Below are positions 1-13,032 of a stretch of DNA of 64,000 nucleotides, piece by piece. This DNA is from Selaginella moellendorffii (Eukaryota; Plantae; Lycopodiophyta): NCBI RefSeq assembly GCF_000143415.4, contig NW_003314400.1, positions 1 to 64,000 on the forward strand, read 5' to 3'. Numbering within the stretch: the first letter of the stretch is position 1; every line of letters starts with the position of its first letter. The notes below the pieces were generated by a model. It was given only the letters and a program-made list of their open reading frames with translations, did not search any database and was not told the DNA's origin. The position numbers and the translations under genes are program-made.

Positions 1-560
1 TCTTCGTCTTTGTCTTTGGACAAGAGCAACAACATCAATCTCCATTAGAATAAGACCATCTCCCACATGAAGGGGAGTTGAAAGACATACAACAAGAAGT
101 GGAAGAGGCAATGTCTCATAATATTGTGTCAGTCAAAAAACATTGTAAAGGATGATTGGAGCAAATGCATATACAAATCCCATAAGATCTTGATGAAGTG
201 TTGGCCTTAATATTTCAACTTGATCCGCTCCAACATATTTGGCTCTGCATGAAGCAAGAGGCTTTAAAAATAAATGCCAAATTGCATTATTGACTCAAGT
301 GGCCTAAAAAGCATCACCATAATCATCAATATGTCCAAATACATACTTGAAGATATCCAAAAGAATGCTCTAATCCACATGAGTGGTTGCGCTCAAATTA
401 TTGTACTATGGCAATGTTGTCCTTTGTAAATGCTAAACATCATCTCAAGAATAATAGGTAGCAATCATAATAAAGTGATTAAACTAATGGTACACATCAT
501 CTCTAGGGTTCCCATAGAATAACTTCAGCCATATGTGAGGATTGACAGTAAGAGCAAGAA
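1..560 (-). mobile_element. Decayed Ty3/Gypsy gag remnant
   Basis: Reverse complement of 1-80 aligns to the PVPMEVD gag region at 62500-62590. Continuation of the remnant at 53110-55080 in the duplicate copy. Right boundary approximate. Confidence 0.65.
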
Positions 561-661
561 GTGCTGTAACATACACTATAAATGCTGCCATCAACTAAGC
601 CTGATTGTTCAATTGCAACCACATAGTTATAAACAACTAAAAGAATGATAGAGAATGTCAG

Positions 662-1022
662 TATATCAAAGAGGTTTCAAGTCCGACTTTATTAGTTGAT
701 TAGGGGAATCACACCATATATTGAGATTTTGGGCTCAACTTGAAAGGTAAGGTGTCAAGGCTCTCGGGAGAGTTATAACTCTCAACTTTCGTTCACGAAG
801 GTGTGAACTTGTAGAGAAGTATGGTGGATTATAAATGACTAAAAAGAACAACTCAAAAAATGATTCATAAAAGTTTAAATATAAAGGGAAAAGATCCATA
901 ACAAAAATGTACCCCATTTTAAATTGGTTAAGAGTTTTATGATATTTAGGATTAAGTGTTTTTGGGTTTAAATAATATTAGACTGAATGACTTCCCAAGA
1001 AATTCAAATTCAAGAGTTTAAA
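662..1022 (+). mobile_element. Decayed Cassandra-type TRIM (internal region + 3' LTR)
   Basis: AT-shifted match to the internal region and LTR of 51769-52358, for example ggggaatcacacca, gtgtgaacttgtagagaagtatggtggat and gacttcccaagaaattcaaattcaagag. Confidence 0.8.
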
Positions 1023-1479
1023 ATTGCATTGAATAACTACACTAATTGCTCCTCCAAAATCAAAGGAGGAGGAAGTTACTCTCACAAAAACATGCATTTT
1101 AATTATCCCAAAACCCCTAGTTTATATAGTTTGGATTGAAACCAATCCAACGCCTCTATCCCCAAGAGTATGATCCTTAAAAGTAGCTCCCCCTATTCAC
1201 CTTTGTCTACAATGCCCCTGGACAATAATGTTTGGAGAGGCTTAAATAGAAGTCTGTAGCCATCTGGTGTCTCCTTAACTGTTAGATACACACTAATGCA
1301 GCTTCAGAAAGAACCTATGTAGTAAATAACGTAGATTGGCAATTTAATGTAATTAGCATATGACCCATAATTAGATCTTTCATGAGTTTGGATCAAAAGT
1401 CTATAGAAATCCCATATCTGATTGCCAACATGGTACTGCACACATGCTCACTGTACTAGGTGATATAACCAAGGTAAGC

Positions 1480-3132
1480 TTATACTGCACAATCCCAAAT
1501 ACCGTTCAAAACGCCTCTGCCTTACATGCATCTGTAGCACGCTCAAGCAATCAGTGAGGATCCTGGCAGGATTCAAATGCATAAATAGCAGGATCCTGAG
1601 CAAGGTTGCTCAAGTAGAGAGACCACCAAAGCAGTCGGCCATACTTGAGCATCCACTCATTACTAACCACCTCCTCAAAACAATTCCCCTGTGTAGATGT
1701 AGCCAGCAGAGTGTGCTGTTTTCCCCGATATCTCCCTTAAAGAAGGCAATTAAAGGAGACGGAAGAAAAAACCCAAGGACCAGATTCCGACTCTGCAAAG
1801 AAGGATCGCACCACTCAGGTTCTAAGAAATTGGTGACCCTGGATGTAGTGTCTATGAACAGAGTTAAACATGTTCCACCTAACGCTCGTGTAGATCTTCG
1901 AAGTGGCGTCCATCTATGGAAGGTAACAGCAACCAGGCTTCATCGAAGACAAACAGCAGCTTCAACGGTTGGCCTGTCATCTCCATACCAATTCCCAAAG
2001 CTAGGGACCTCAAGAATAAAACTCTGGAAGACTTCAGTGGCTTTAGTCTCCCATGTCGTCCATAGTTCAACTGAGTACTAGCGTGTATCTTCTTGAGAAA
2101 CTTAAGTTTCCATTCAAGTTTTTTTATCCGCTTCTCCACTCCCGGTCAAAATCCCTTTCCACCGTCTACCGTCATCATGTTTGAAAACACTTGCAGCGTC
2201 CACGGCTCCTCTTTCCCTAGTCCTCCACCCAGCTCCTCAATGCATGCGATCCAATAAGCCAGACAGTAGGTCATGCATGCGAGATGGCCTGCGTAATCTC
2301 CATTTCCCAGTGCCTGCCTTGCACGGCCGAGGAAAGCATTTCTAAAATATGAGGGCTGAGGATAACAGGAGCCAGAACCCAGCGACAAGTAAATGACCCA
2401 AACCTGTTTCCAATGTAACTCTCAAACCACCCTCGACTTACCCCAGCTGCTGGACTGGAAGAGACCAACGATACGTGAAAAATCAGTCTCCTTCTTGAGC
2501 TTGTTCAGGGCATCGTAAAACGAGTCTACTCCACTGCCCTGATATTCCATGTCAAGTGCTCGACCTGTAGCAGCAGCAAACATAAACATTCATGGAAACT
2601 GACGCACTTACTTGCCATCGTTAACTCTATGCCATGTTGTGGACTTGTCCTTGTACTGCTACTGCTCCTCCGGTGTCAGCTTGTACCAGCAAGCTCTATA
2701 GATTTCATCAAGCCATTCCTCGCCGTTCAGCTTCTCGTGGATACACTCCCAAGATTTGAAAAGAAGCGCTGGGTACTTCTCCAACACCATTCTCACTTTT
2801 GATTCCCGCGCCCGCTTGTCTGCTTGTTGCAGCGCCATTTCAAGTACATACTGTGGGCCGATGCCTTTGTGTTTCTCTTGCTGCTCTGGCGACAACTTGT
2901 CCCAACTCTCAAGCAGCAGAACCAAATACATCAGCTTCCTGTCAGAATTGAAACCTTCAAAAATATCGAACAGGTTCTCCGGGCTTTGAGGATATCTCAT
3001 CTCCACCGATCGCATCCGCTCTTGGGCAGATAGCAGCAGCTCGTATGCCTCGTCGCTCTCTTCTCGAATCCTCTTTCGGGCTTCTTCCGAATCCTCCTGA
3101 TCCTCCCGCTGCCTTTTGCCTCTGTCGGCCAT
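1480..3132 (-). pseudogene. P-loop NTPase pseudogene (QSSGxGKSR type, Crinkler-associated-like)
   Basis: Walker A-like IVGLFQSSSWGKSR, Walker B LLFVFDEA and downstream FIDTTSRVTNF, spread over shifted frames. GT-AG intron at 2565-2611, in-frame stop at 2659. 3' end approximate. Confidence 0.65.
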
Positions 3133-3140
3133 AGTTAGGG

Positions 3141-3824
3141 CTAGGGCTTGTAATCGTGGGGAAGCTGAGAGAGTTCAGGAGCATCCCTTGCCACAGCCTG
3201 GATAAGTCGCACAGGATTTGCAGCAGGAAAAGTTTTCAGGGAAGACATTTCATCGATGAGATGCTCGGCTTCTTGCAGTCTCCGACACCGTGCGAGGAGA
3301 TCGTACAGATATAGTGATCTGGAGAGGCTTAAATTATGCCCTGGAAATTCTGGTGCCGTTCCTGCGTGGCTACATGTTGCCAGAAGGTTGAGAAAAGTGA
3401 TTTGGTTTAGCTTCATCGCCTGGAAGATCTCTAGCGCTGCTTCCTCCGATTCAACGTGGGCAGTGAGCATCGCAGTCCAGGAGATCACGTCGCGCTCCGG
3501 CATGGAATCAAGCACGGCTCTCGTGTCTAGGGAATTGCGATCTTCTTCGACCCCACAGCAACCAAGACTCGTCCGCGCTCCAGGCTGGGGATCGCCGCAC
3601 AGGCATCGATCGCCAGAGTGAAGGAAACCTCCTCGACCAAGACTCCCTCCAGATCCATGCGCACAAAGATCACGAGGGATTCTGGCGCGAATCCACTGAC
3701 CGGGCCCCCAGGAGACGGCATCCTTGCGATCACGAGCAGCCTCTTCAATCCCACTGCTCTCCACCTTTACAATTGAAATGCTGGCCCACACAGACTGGTC
3801 GATGTAAGAAAAATTGAAAAGCAT
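3141..3824 (-). pseudogene. PLS-class PPR pseudogene fragment
   Basis: DSMPERDVISWTAMLTAH, NQITFLNLLATCSHAG and DLLARCRRLQEAEHLI motifs, with frameshifts. Confidence 0.85.
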
Positions 3825-4739
3825 AAGAAAAAGATAGAGTATAACCAGCTTTTAGCTTTTTGTGGTATTTTTGTAACTTCACTTGTAATGTATGCTAAAA
3901 TACATCTGTATGTTAACCAACATCACTTGTAATGTATGAGGTATTCCATCAATTCCAGGATCATCCTTTAACAATGCCAAGCCAGGCAAGAGCATTGACA
4001 AGATCATGAGGCAAATATTTTTTTCTGCGCTTCTTTCTTGTCAGCATCATTTTCCTCCTCATTATCTTTGTCAATTTAGTAGCATTTGTAAAAGTAGTTA
4101 TAGTAAAATAATATAATTTTAGAAAAGATAATGAATTTTGTTTTTGGTTTAAACTTGATATGCCTAGAATATATTTGGATATTCTAGAATATTATACCAT
4201 TTAAGGGTTGTTTATTTATTATAATTTATAAACATGTTTATAATTTATAAATTTTCCTAAACACTTTTTAATATATTCTTTTTTATTCTATGATATTAAT
4301 CTTGTGTTTATAAATTATAATTATAAGTTCAATAAATAAGAATAACACTACTATTAAGCAAACCTACTCTTAATTACTTTTATATTTCAATATTTTAAAG
4401 TTTGTCAAAACCTCGATTAAAATTTCCTTTATAAAACTTATAATTAAGTACATTAACTTGCATTAAATTAACCTAAACTTGTAAACTTTAACTCAATTTT
4501 AGACCAGCCTTAGCTCCTTTCGAGAGGTTTCTTTCTTCCTACGATCTGCTGGGCAATCCCACTGGGTGAAAGAAATTCACAAGATTATTAGCAGCCACAA
4601 TAGGTCAATGTTTTCCTTGCGAATCTCATGTGGGGACATGGTCTAGATTGGCCTTCAATCACATCTGCCGACCCAATGTCTTCTGCTCTTGGCGATTGCC
4701 CAGAATGGAACCTTGGGACGACGTTCCAGCATGGTTCGA

Positions 4740-5632
4740 AGCAATGCCCAAGAGAGATGTTACGACACTACGCAGCTGATGGGAACTTGGATCAAGCCCA
4801 GGAAGTGTTTGATCGAATGCCGAGAAGAATGTAGTGGCATGGACTGTGATGGTTACCGCATTTCACCATAAAGGGGATCTGGATAGTGCGAAAGAGTTGT
4901 TTGATAAGATGCCTGAGAGAAATCCGGTTTCTTGGGGTGCTCTGATAGCGGCTTACGCAGTGCACAACCGGCTTGAAGAAGTGAAGCGTTTGTTTGATGC
5001 GATGGAGAAATCAAACGCTTACGTCTACACTGTGATGATCACTGCGTATGCCAAAGCAGGGGAAATTGCAAATGCGGAGAGGATGTTTGCTCTCATGCCT
5101 GAGAAGGACGTAATCGCTCAAACTACAATGCTGCAAGCGTTTGCTCACAATGGTCTTGTTGAGAAGGCAAGCAAGATCTTTGATGTAATCCTTGACAAGT
5201 ATGAAATGCCTTGGAACGATATGATCAATTGCATATGCTAAAAAAGGGCAGGCATTTCATGCAAAGCAAGTGTTTGATTCCACGGCCGCAAAGAAACAAA
5301 ACATCGTGACTTAGAACTCAATGCTCTAGCTGTTTAATCTCCTAGCTCTAGAGCTGCTGAAAACCATGCAGCTCGAAAGGATCAAACCAAACGAGATAAC
5401 TTTCATCGCAGCACTGGGTGCCTGTGCTGACGCCGGCAAGCTTGAAACTGGACAAGCGTTCCACGCCAAGATCATCGATCAAGGACCAATGCATCCAGGT
5501 CTTGCTGGTGAATATGTATGGGAAATGCCGTAGCCTGGTGGATACTGTCAGTCTTCAACCAAACCCAAGTGAGCCTCCGCAACACTATTTGCTGGATTGT
5601 GATGATCATGGCTTTTGAAGACAACCACCACT
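4740..5632 (+). pseudogene. PPR pseudogene (short S-type repeats)
   Basis: AKELFDKMPERNPVSWGALIAAYA and AERMFALMPEKDVIAQTTMLQAFA repeats, with stops and frameshifts on both sides of ORF 4834-5241. Confidence 0.85.
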
Positions 5633-5825
5633 TGCCGGTCGTGCGCTTCATAGGCTGATATCAGAACACCCCAAAAAACCGGATTTCTCTCCTGTCAAAC
5701 AACTCTATTTTGCGATCAAAGTCCCCTTTCTGGGTACCACCACAGTCCATGCCACTTCGATCAAACAGTTCCTGGGTTTGATCCAAGTTCCCAACAGCTG
5801 CATAGCATCGTATCATCACGACCCC
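5633..5825 (-). pseudogene. Inverted PPR fragment
   Basis: Reverse-complement similarity to ~4755-4975. Same orientation and junction to the unknown gene as 28790-28970. Confidence 0.8.
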
Positions 5826-5931
5826 GGAGCAGCCCAGCGAAGAAAGAAACCTCTCAAAAGGAAGCTCCCGTTTTCACAGTGCTGAAGCTTCTATATAAGA
5901 GTTCCAAGAATTAGGGTTTGATAGGATTCTT

Positions 5932-6657
5932 ATGGGTCATAGCAAAGAATTAGTTGTAGAACTCCCAAGGGTAATGAAAGTGGAGAAGATTTTATTCTCT
6001 TCCAACACAAACAATCTAGAGTGTGAAGTATTTGGGAAAGAGGATCAAGACGGAGAGTGGATGTTTTTGGGTAAAACAGGTCGAGAAGCAAGATTCAAGC
6101 TCACCAAGCTGAGATTCATCCTTGTCAAACCTCTCTCTGGATTTGAGGTATCTACGATTGTGAGTTTTTATAGCAAGGACAATGCCCAGAAGCCTGTGGA
6201 GGAGTTAGAGTTGAAATACATTAATCCTCAAAAGGTGGACTATCAAAATCCTTTTAAAGTTGGCCAGCTTTCCAAGGACACTCTTGTCACGAAAGCAATT
6301 GTTCGATCCAATCTCCGGTATTACAAATTCCGGTTGTGGGGCAACATAGAGTATCCCTGCCAATGGTGGTTTCCAATGGGAGACTACGACCAGGACGAGC
6401 CCAACCCTAGAACGCGAGAGTTGACCATCAGATACTTTGATGTGAAGAACGAAGGGAAGTTAACGCTAGCACCTCAATGCAAGTTGATTGTTTTTGAGAG
6501 GACTTCCACTTGTCACTCAGAGAGTGAGGAATTTGATCTACATAATCTTCCACAGAAGAAGCAGTCAAATAGAAGGGGTTCTGATAAAAAACTATCTAAA
6601 CTCTCTAATCTGAGCTTAAAAGTTTTAAAGGCCTTAAAAGTTGTTAAAAGGAATTAG
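5932..6657 (+). CDS. Uncharacterised 241-aa protein, copy 1
   Basis: Intact intronless ORF with CTATATAA about 40 bp upstream. Paralogues at 29134 and 60442 are also open. Confidence 0.75.
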   Translation: MGHSKELVVELPRVMKVEKILFSSNTNNLECEVFGKEDQDGEWMFLGKTGREARFKLTKLRFILVKPLSGFEVSTIVSFYSKDNAQKPVEELELKYINPQKVDYQNPFKVGQLSKDTLVTKAIVRSNLRYYKFRLWGNIEYPCQWWFPMGDYDQDEPNPRTRELTIRYFDVKNEGKLTLAPQCKLIVFERTSTCHSESEEFDLHNLPQKKQSNRRGSDKKLSKLSNLSLKVLKALKVVKRN

Positions 6658-6958
6658 AATTTATAAACTCAAATCTTAGTAATAAATTCAACTTTAACTT
6701 GTTTGTCCAATTCAGAGTAGGAAGTTTTTATGTGACAAATAACACAAGGACAAAACAAATATGTGTCTGCTAGGCTTCAAGCCAGAATGTAGAATTCTCA
6801 CCACTAAATATTACCCTAATACTGGACTGTATGGTTCCCTATTGCGAATCAAACAAATAATGAAAGACAAGACATAGAGGAAACCACAATGTCCAATTCA
6901 GCCCATAAATGCTAATAGCCCAAAACTCCCTCTTTCTAAACCGGTCTAATCATCATCC

Positions 6959-7879
6959 ATGGGCTCTCTCTCGAAACTTCACGTTGTTCTTATCCCACTT
7001 CCAGCACAGGGACATGTCGTTCCACTCGTCTATCTTGCCCGCAAGCTCGCGCTCCTTGGAGTCACTATGACCATCATCAACGTTGATAGCATCCACGAAA
7101 CCTTGCANNNNNNNNNNNNNNNNNNNNNNNNNNNNNNNNNNNNNNNNNNNNNNNNNNNNNNNNNNNNNNNNNNNNNNNNNNNNNNNNNNNNNNNNNNNNN
7201 NNNNNNNNNNNNNNNNNNNNNNNNNNNNNNNNNNNNNATCTCAGTGCTCCACATGCTGCAAAAAAAAGGCTGGATTGGCTGGAGCGAGCTTTTGGCCGGG
7301 AAGTGCTGCTTGGGATGCCATCGAATTCCACGTTCCAAAGCTCCTGGAGATGGGAGACGTTCCTGTCAAAGGTAAAGCTTCGATGAATCTAGAAGTTTGT
7401 TCTAAGAAAACATGGAAGTTTTCAAGAATGTGATAGAGGGAGATGACAAGCTGATCTCTTACATCCCTGGAATGGAGCTAAGATCACAAGACATTCCACT
7501 CTTCATGCACGACGGAGAATTCCAGAAGGTCAGGGAAGAGCAGTCATTGCATCTCTCCAAGAGGATCACACGGGATTCTTGGTTTCTGATAAACTCTGTC
7601 CATGACATCGAGCTGCGAGTTTTTGAAGCGATGAGGGAAGGATTCGGGGCGAAGTTTGTGCCTGTTGGACCATTGTTTCCTCTCAAGGGAGAAGCGATCA
7701 ATTCAACTGGATTGAAAGAGGTTAGCCTGAGAACTCCAGATGAATCTTGTCTTCCATGGCTAGAGCTTGGTTCTCTATGTTTTGTTTGGAAGCATCTCCT
7801 TCATGACTGCCAAGCAATTTGAGGAGATCACATTGGGATTGGAGGCAAGCAAGGTTCCTTTCCTCTGGGTGATATGATC
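6959..7879 (+). pseudogene. UDP-glycosyltransferase pseudogene (truncated before the PSPG box)
   Basis: HVVLIPLPAQGH start. Frameshift after CLPWL, CGA>TGA, then AT-rich DNA. Paralogue of 30181-31666. Confidence 0.9.
7108..7237. other. Assembly gap (130 N)
   Basis: Run of N. The equivalent interval in copy B (61590-61719) is also 130 bp. Confidence 0.99.
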
Positions 7880-8930
7880 TTTGGTAATACTTTAATTATA
7901 ATATTATAGTATATGGATTATCCATTTAAGATTGAATTTGATCTATCCATTATTATATATAAATATTAGTTATTAGGGGACAATTTATCTTTGGGAGGGA
8001 AAGTTTTTTAACAATGTTTTAGTTAGTGTTTAAAATTATCTTTTTGTTTTTATTCTTTCATTCTTTTTTAGATCTAGATTTGTGTTTGTACTGTTCTTCC
8101 TTTTTAGCTTTTATTACATACTATGCCATGCTATTGTTGATTAAGGAGTGTGTTATTTAAAGCTATAAATGATATATCATTATTATCATCTAACAACATT
8201 GTTTATGTGATTGTATGTCAAGTTTTTGATGCTTATCACATACTAATAGGTTTTTTACATTAGTCATTAGGCATAGTAGCATTGATCTTTATTGTGAGAT
8301 GGACGAACCCTAAAGTAAAAAATCAGAGACTTTATTTTTGTTTAACTGTAATGCATATGGTTTTCACATCGTACCCTATGATGATTTACTATAGGATAAC
8401 TACGAAGTAGAACTTTAACCCTCCACATGCTATATGCCACCTACTATGTGCCACATGCCATATGTCTAAGGATAGTATAGCAAAACCCAAGTTTCAAGAC
8501 CTTAGGCCACTGAATGAAGGGGTAAAGCCAAACTCTTAAGTATAAAACAAAAAAGTGAAAGAAGTAGAGCATAGAACTCCTCTTGAGCATACAATCTAAT
8601 GAATGAAGGGGTAGGAGCATAGTGCGACTTGGAATAATCCTAAAACTTTTAATATCCCTATAACATACCTAAATTTGGGGTTAAATTTCAAATTAATTGC
8701 ACTATGAAACAACGGTCTAATACACTCTCAATCCTATAAACACGAGCACCCTATATTTAGCATCTACATGCTAAATGGTGCTAAATAATGTGTAACACAA
8801 TTTTGGCATACTAGTGGCCTAACATAAGGAGGAGAATATGTTATTGACTAGAGTAGCATGGAGCTTGAGTTTAGACTTAAGCTGGCCAGACATAGAACAA
8901 GGAGCAACACAATCTAGTGGAAGCCAAATT

Positions 8931-9299
8931 AATACCTTAATAGTTAATTATGCATTCCAACCATTATCTTTACTATACATTTGGAACCCTCTATACCCCT
9001 AAAGAACACACACTTTAGGCATTTACTATGAATACCATATACTACTAAAATGAAATTAACACATAAAGCGTGATAGCGAAGGTGGGTAAACTATCATTAC
9101 AATACCTTAAATGGTTAATTATGCATTCCAACCACCCTCTATACCCCTAAAGAACACACACTTTAGGCATTTACTATGAATACCATATAGTACTAAAATG
9201 GATTAACACATAAGGCGTGATAGCGAAGGTGGGTAAACTATATAATACTAAAATGGAATTAACACATAAGGCGTGATAGCGAAGGTGGGTAAACTATCA
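8931..9299. repeat. Local tandem duplication (two longer units plus a partial third)
   Basis: ccctctatacccctaaagaacacacactttaggc occurs twice and gcgtgatagcgaaggtgggtaaactat three times. Confidence 0.85.
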
Positions 9300-9889
9300 T
9301 GTAATGATAGTTTGGACTTCTCGAGAGGTCACCCAGCCCAGTATTATTCAAACCCAAGGACGCTTAACCCCAAATATCTCAAGACTCTTAATTGATTGGA
9401 AAAAAGGGTGCACTTTTATTCATGGGCTTTTTCCCTTTATATTTAAATCCTATGGATTGTCTCTCAAGTCGTTCTCTTTAGTTGCTTACAATCCATCATG
9501 CTTCTCTACAAGTTCATGCTATCATGAATGGAAGCTGAAAGCCACAGCTCTCCCAAGAGCCCCACTCTATTGACACCCTACCCCTCAGGTCGAGCCTAAC
9601 AGGAACAAATTAGACTAGCCAAATATCAATTAACATATGGTGTAATTCCCTTAACCAACCAATAGAGTTGAACCCAAGACCCCTCTAATACCAAATGTAA
9701 GTTCCTGAGTTTGAACTTCTCAGGAAGTCACCTAACCCAGTATTATTCAAACCCAAGGACGTTTAACCCCAAATATCCAAAGACCCTTAACTAATTGAAA
9801 AAGGGAGTGCATTCTTATTCATGGGCCCTTTCTCTCTATATTTGAACCCCATGGATTGTTTTTCAAATTGTTCTCTTTGGTTGCTTACA
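9300..9889 (-). mobile_element. Cassandra-type TRIM
   Basis: LTRs 9300-9490 and 9696-9889 with a 5S-like core. Decayed PBS (ctctaatacca) next to 9696. No clean TSD. Confidence 0.88.
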
Positions 9890-11857
9890 TCAATATCATG
9901 GGTTCCTAACATTAGTAAGTGCAAGTCAATGAATGAGTTTCTTTAACAAAGTCAAGTATGTTTAACTAATAACATTTAAGAATTTTATCCTTATGTTCAT
10001 CTAGTTAAGTGCATACGTGATGACTAGTTTCTCAACTAACTTGGGTGGAAATCATAAAGGGAACTAGCAGTACCAACCTCTTGTTGTTGTGGCAATAAGG
10101 AGAGAGTGTGCATAACGATTAACTGATAAATATCTTTCGATACCCAAAGTCATATTCGCAATACTCTCCTCCCCTTGGGGAAAATTAATGTCCTCGTCGA
10201 TACATACATGAATCTAATAAACCGTCAAGAAAAAAATTCAAAAAGTTAATAGAAAGCACATTATATGAGAAACACACCAATTTAAATGAGTGATGGAACT
10301 ACCTCTCCTCTACATCTAAAGTCAATAAAACTCAAACACCCTCTGGCCATTACCAACAAAGAAATGATTAATAAAGTTAGCCACCCTTGCTACTCTAAGT
10401 ATCACTCGGTATATAAAAGAATGATATATCATTGCCCACAAGGATATAACGAGAGAGCTAAAGGCCCAACTCCCCTGAGCAAAAAATTAAACATATTGGG
10501 AAGATATAGACAATTATTATAAATTGGTAAATGAAGTTGTTTATATGACCATGTCTCTTTCAGAAAATGAGTTAATGAGAGAAAAGTAAGGACTTATGAT
10601 CAGTCTATAATAATTATCCCTATAGTTATAGATTATAACCATACACCAAAGTGTTGAAGTCAACCTGCCAAAACTATCCCAAAAACTAATGAACAAAAAA
10701 AATGTTTAATTGAAATATATTACTTTATTGATTGCAAGATTTATTATAAAGATTTACAAAAGTTATTTTTTATTATGAGTCTCATACTCTGTGACAAGGT
10801 CACAAGCATGTGTAAGATTACTAAGAGGCTCCCAAGTTAATTCACAAGTAGGATAACCATGCCACTTAACTAATTATTCTTTGGTATGACCACCACATTT
10901 TTGACAACATGATAAAATGTTTTCACCTTTGTATTCAGATTCACTGTTCAAAACTTCTAGTGGCAGACAAATCTCCCCTTCACATGCAACATCCATAGTG
11001 TATGGAGCTAATAAATTGGCATGAAATACATTATGAACATTGGATATAGAAGATCTAACCAATAAGATATATCATCAATCCATTTCAAAACTTGATAGGT
11101 CTAATATATCTTGGTAACAGCTTCCGAGATAAAAATCTTTTAATATTCAAGTTTTGGGAAGATAGCTACACTTGATCTCTCACTTGATAAGATACAGTGT
11201 GATGATACTGATCCTTATCATGTTGATACTTATCCTAAGCTTTGCCCATCACCACAGTAGCTCTAAACCAACTGTGGCATAGCTTCTTCACATAAGTCTC
11301 AACAGCCAAGACTAACACTTTAGACATTGATTTTGGTACAAAAATCTATTAAAGAACCCCATGAGCATTCCCTTGCAGCATCTCCTATGGAGAACAATTA
11401 ATAACACTATGAAATGTGTTGTTATAACAAATTTTTGCTGTGTCCAAATGCTCAACCTAGTCACGTTAGTTCACTACAACATAATACCACTAATAATCCC
11501 TAATTTCAGCATTCAAACGTTCTCTCTACCCATCAGTTTGAGGATGATAAATTGTACTAAACTTCAACTTGGTATTGAATAACTGGAATAGTATGCCCTA
11601 AAACTTCCCCGTAAATCTCAAATCTTTATCTGAGATCATTTCTTCATGAAGACTACAAACCTGTACTGCTTTATGGAAAAAGAGCTTTGCTACTTACTTG
11701 GCATTCACTGTTTCCATAGTTGGAATGAAGTGTGCAATCTTCGACAACCAATTCACAACCACCATCAAAGTATTATAACCCTTAGACTTTAGCAAGAAAA
11801 TGACAAAATTAAGTGTCACACTTTGAAATAGCCATGCCAGTGCTGGAATGCATTACA

Positions 11858-13018
11858 TGTAAGCCACAAATTTTTCCTTTCCAATTTGCCAGCTTACCTT
11901 GTCTATCCGACCAACTCTGCCTTGGCTTGTGCTAAGTTCCCTCGCCAAGGTTCCCGCCTATGGTACCAGCTCCTACTTGGTCCTACTTGGTTTCAGCTAC
12001 TCATTGCACGAGCAACGGAGTGTTAGCCATCCATCTACGGATTCCCAAATTTCTCCCAATCCCCCTCCTGGGTTAGACTGGACTTAAGGTTCGGCTACAC
12101 TCCCCGCAGGCACAAGCAGCCAAGCACACCAAGCCTCCAGGTTCCTAACACCCCTTGGTACCACAAGACTTGATCATGGGACCCTCTAAATCCCAAGTCT
12201 TGGGTGCAGCACTTGCTTCAGGACGTCGGGGCGAAACACCGTGGCCTAACGGCCCGGTATGGGTACCTCTACCCCCCCACTTCCATCCCGAAGGGAAGCC
12301 CCAAGCCCCTAGGAAGGGCGAGGACCAATGAGCCACAAGGTACTCAAGTGGGGCACCACTCCACATGAGCCGGGAGCACCGCAGTCAGTTTCCCTTTCGG
12401 GAGTGGGAGCTGCTCTTGAGCACTTCCCTGGGTGGCCCCTCCGGCACCACTCAAGCCCATGCTCACTCCCACCCAAGGCCCTTCGGCCCCAGTCTCAACC
12501 TCAAGTCAGTTTGGAAGCACCACTGGAGAGTTCCTTCAAGACTGGTTCCTGGACCTCACTATCCCTACTATACTTTTGGAACCCCCTGCAGCCCCCCCCC
12601 CCCTGGGAGACGCACGCTTTGGGCTTTCACCCCTTGACCCGTATTAGTATTTGGACTTAGTCTCTGGCTCGATCTCGGACCCAATTTTGGATCTGACTTC
12701 AGATTCAGTCTCGGACTCGATCTCGGACTCGATCTCGGACCCGATCTCGGACTCGACCTCGGACCCGATCTCGGACTCGGTCTCGGACCCGATTTCGGAT
12801 CTCGGACTCCGTCTCGAACTCGGTCTCGAACTCGGACTCGAACTCGGTCCCCGAGTCGGTCTCAGACTCGTTTCCGGACTCTATCTCGAACTCGGTCCTA
12901 GAGTCGGTCTTGGACTCGATCTTCGACTTGGTCCCATCCGATGAACTCTTTGTCATTTTGGTCATGCTTTTTGGGGTTCCTTTTAGCCTACGACACCTCG
13001 GCGAGTTGGTTCCTTACA
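11858..13018 (-). repeat. 3' LTR
   Basis: Near-identical to 18104-19268 (roughly 2-3% differences by eye, mostly transitions). Contains a GACTCGATCTCG-type array at ~12660-12940. Confidence 0.96.
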
Positions 13019-13032
13019 ACTCCACCACCCAT
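13019..13032 (-). promoter_or_regulatory. Polypurine tract-like primer site
   Basis: ATGGGTGGTGGAGT immediately before the 3' LTR on the minus strand. Confidence 0.75.

Larger units (their letters stand above)
1..7975 (+). repeat. Segmental duplication, copy A (left end runs off the window)
   Basis: Colinear with 54511-62448, with the same order of retro remnant, Cassandra remnant, NTPase pseudogene, PPR pseudogenes, 241-aa ORF and truncated UGT. Differs by scattered substitutions and small indels. Confidence 0.95.

Noticed and set aside
1554-2081. 175-aa plus-strand ORF and other antisense ORFs (e.g. 38957-39727, 27742-28203)
   Set aside because: Shadows of recognisable coding sequence on the opposite strand.
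8360-8600. Dispersed repeat similar to ~34170-34335
   Set aside because: The similarity is real, but ends and class could not be defined.
9065-9299. Helitron 3' ends (gcgtgatagcgaaggtgggtaaactat x3)
   Set aside because: No convincing hairpin and no CTRR terminus.
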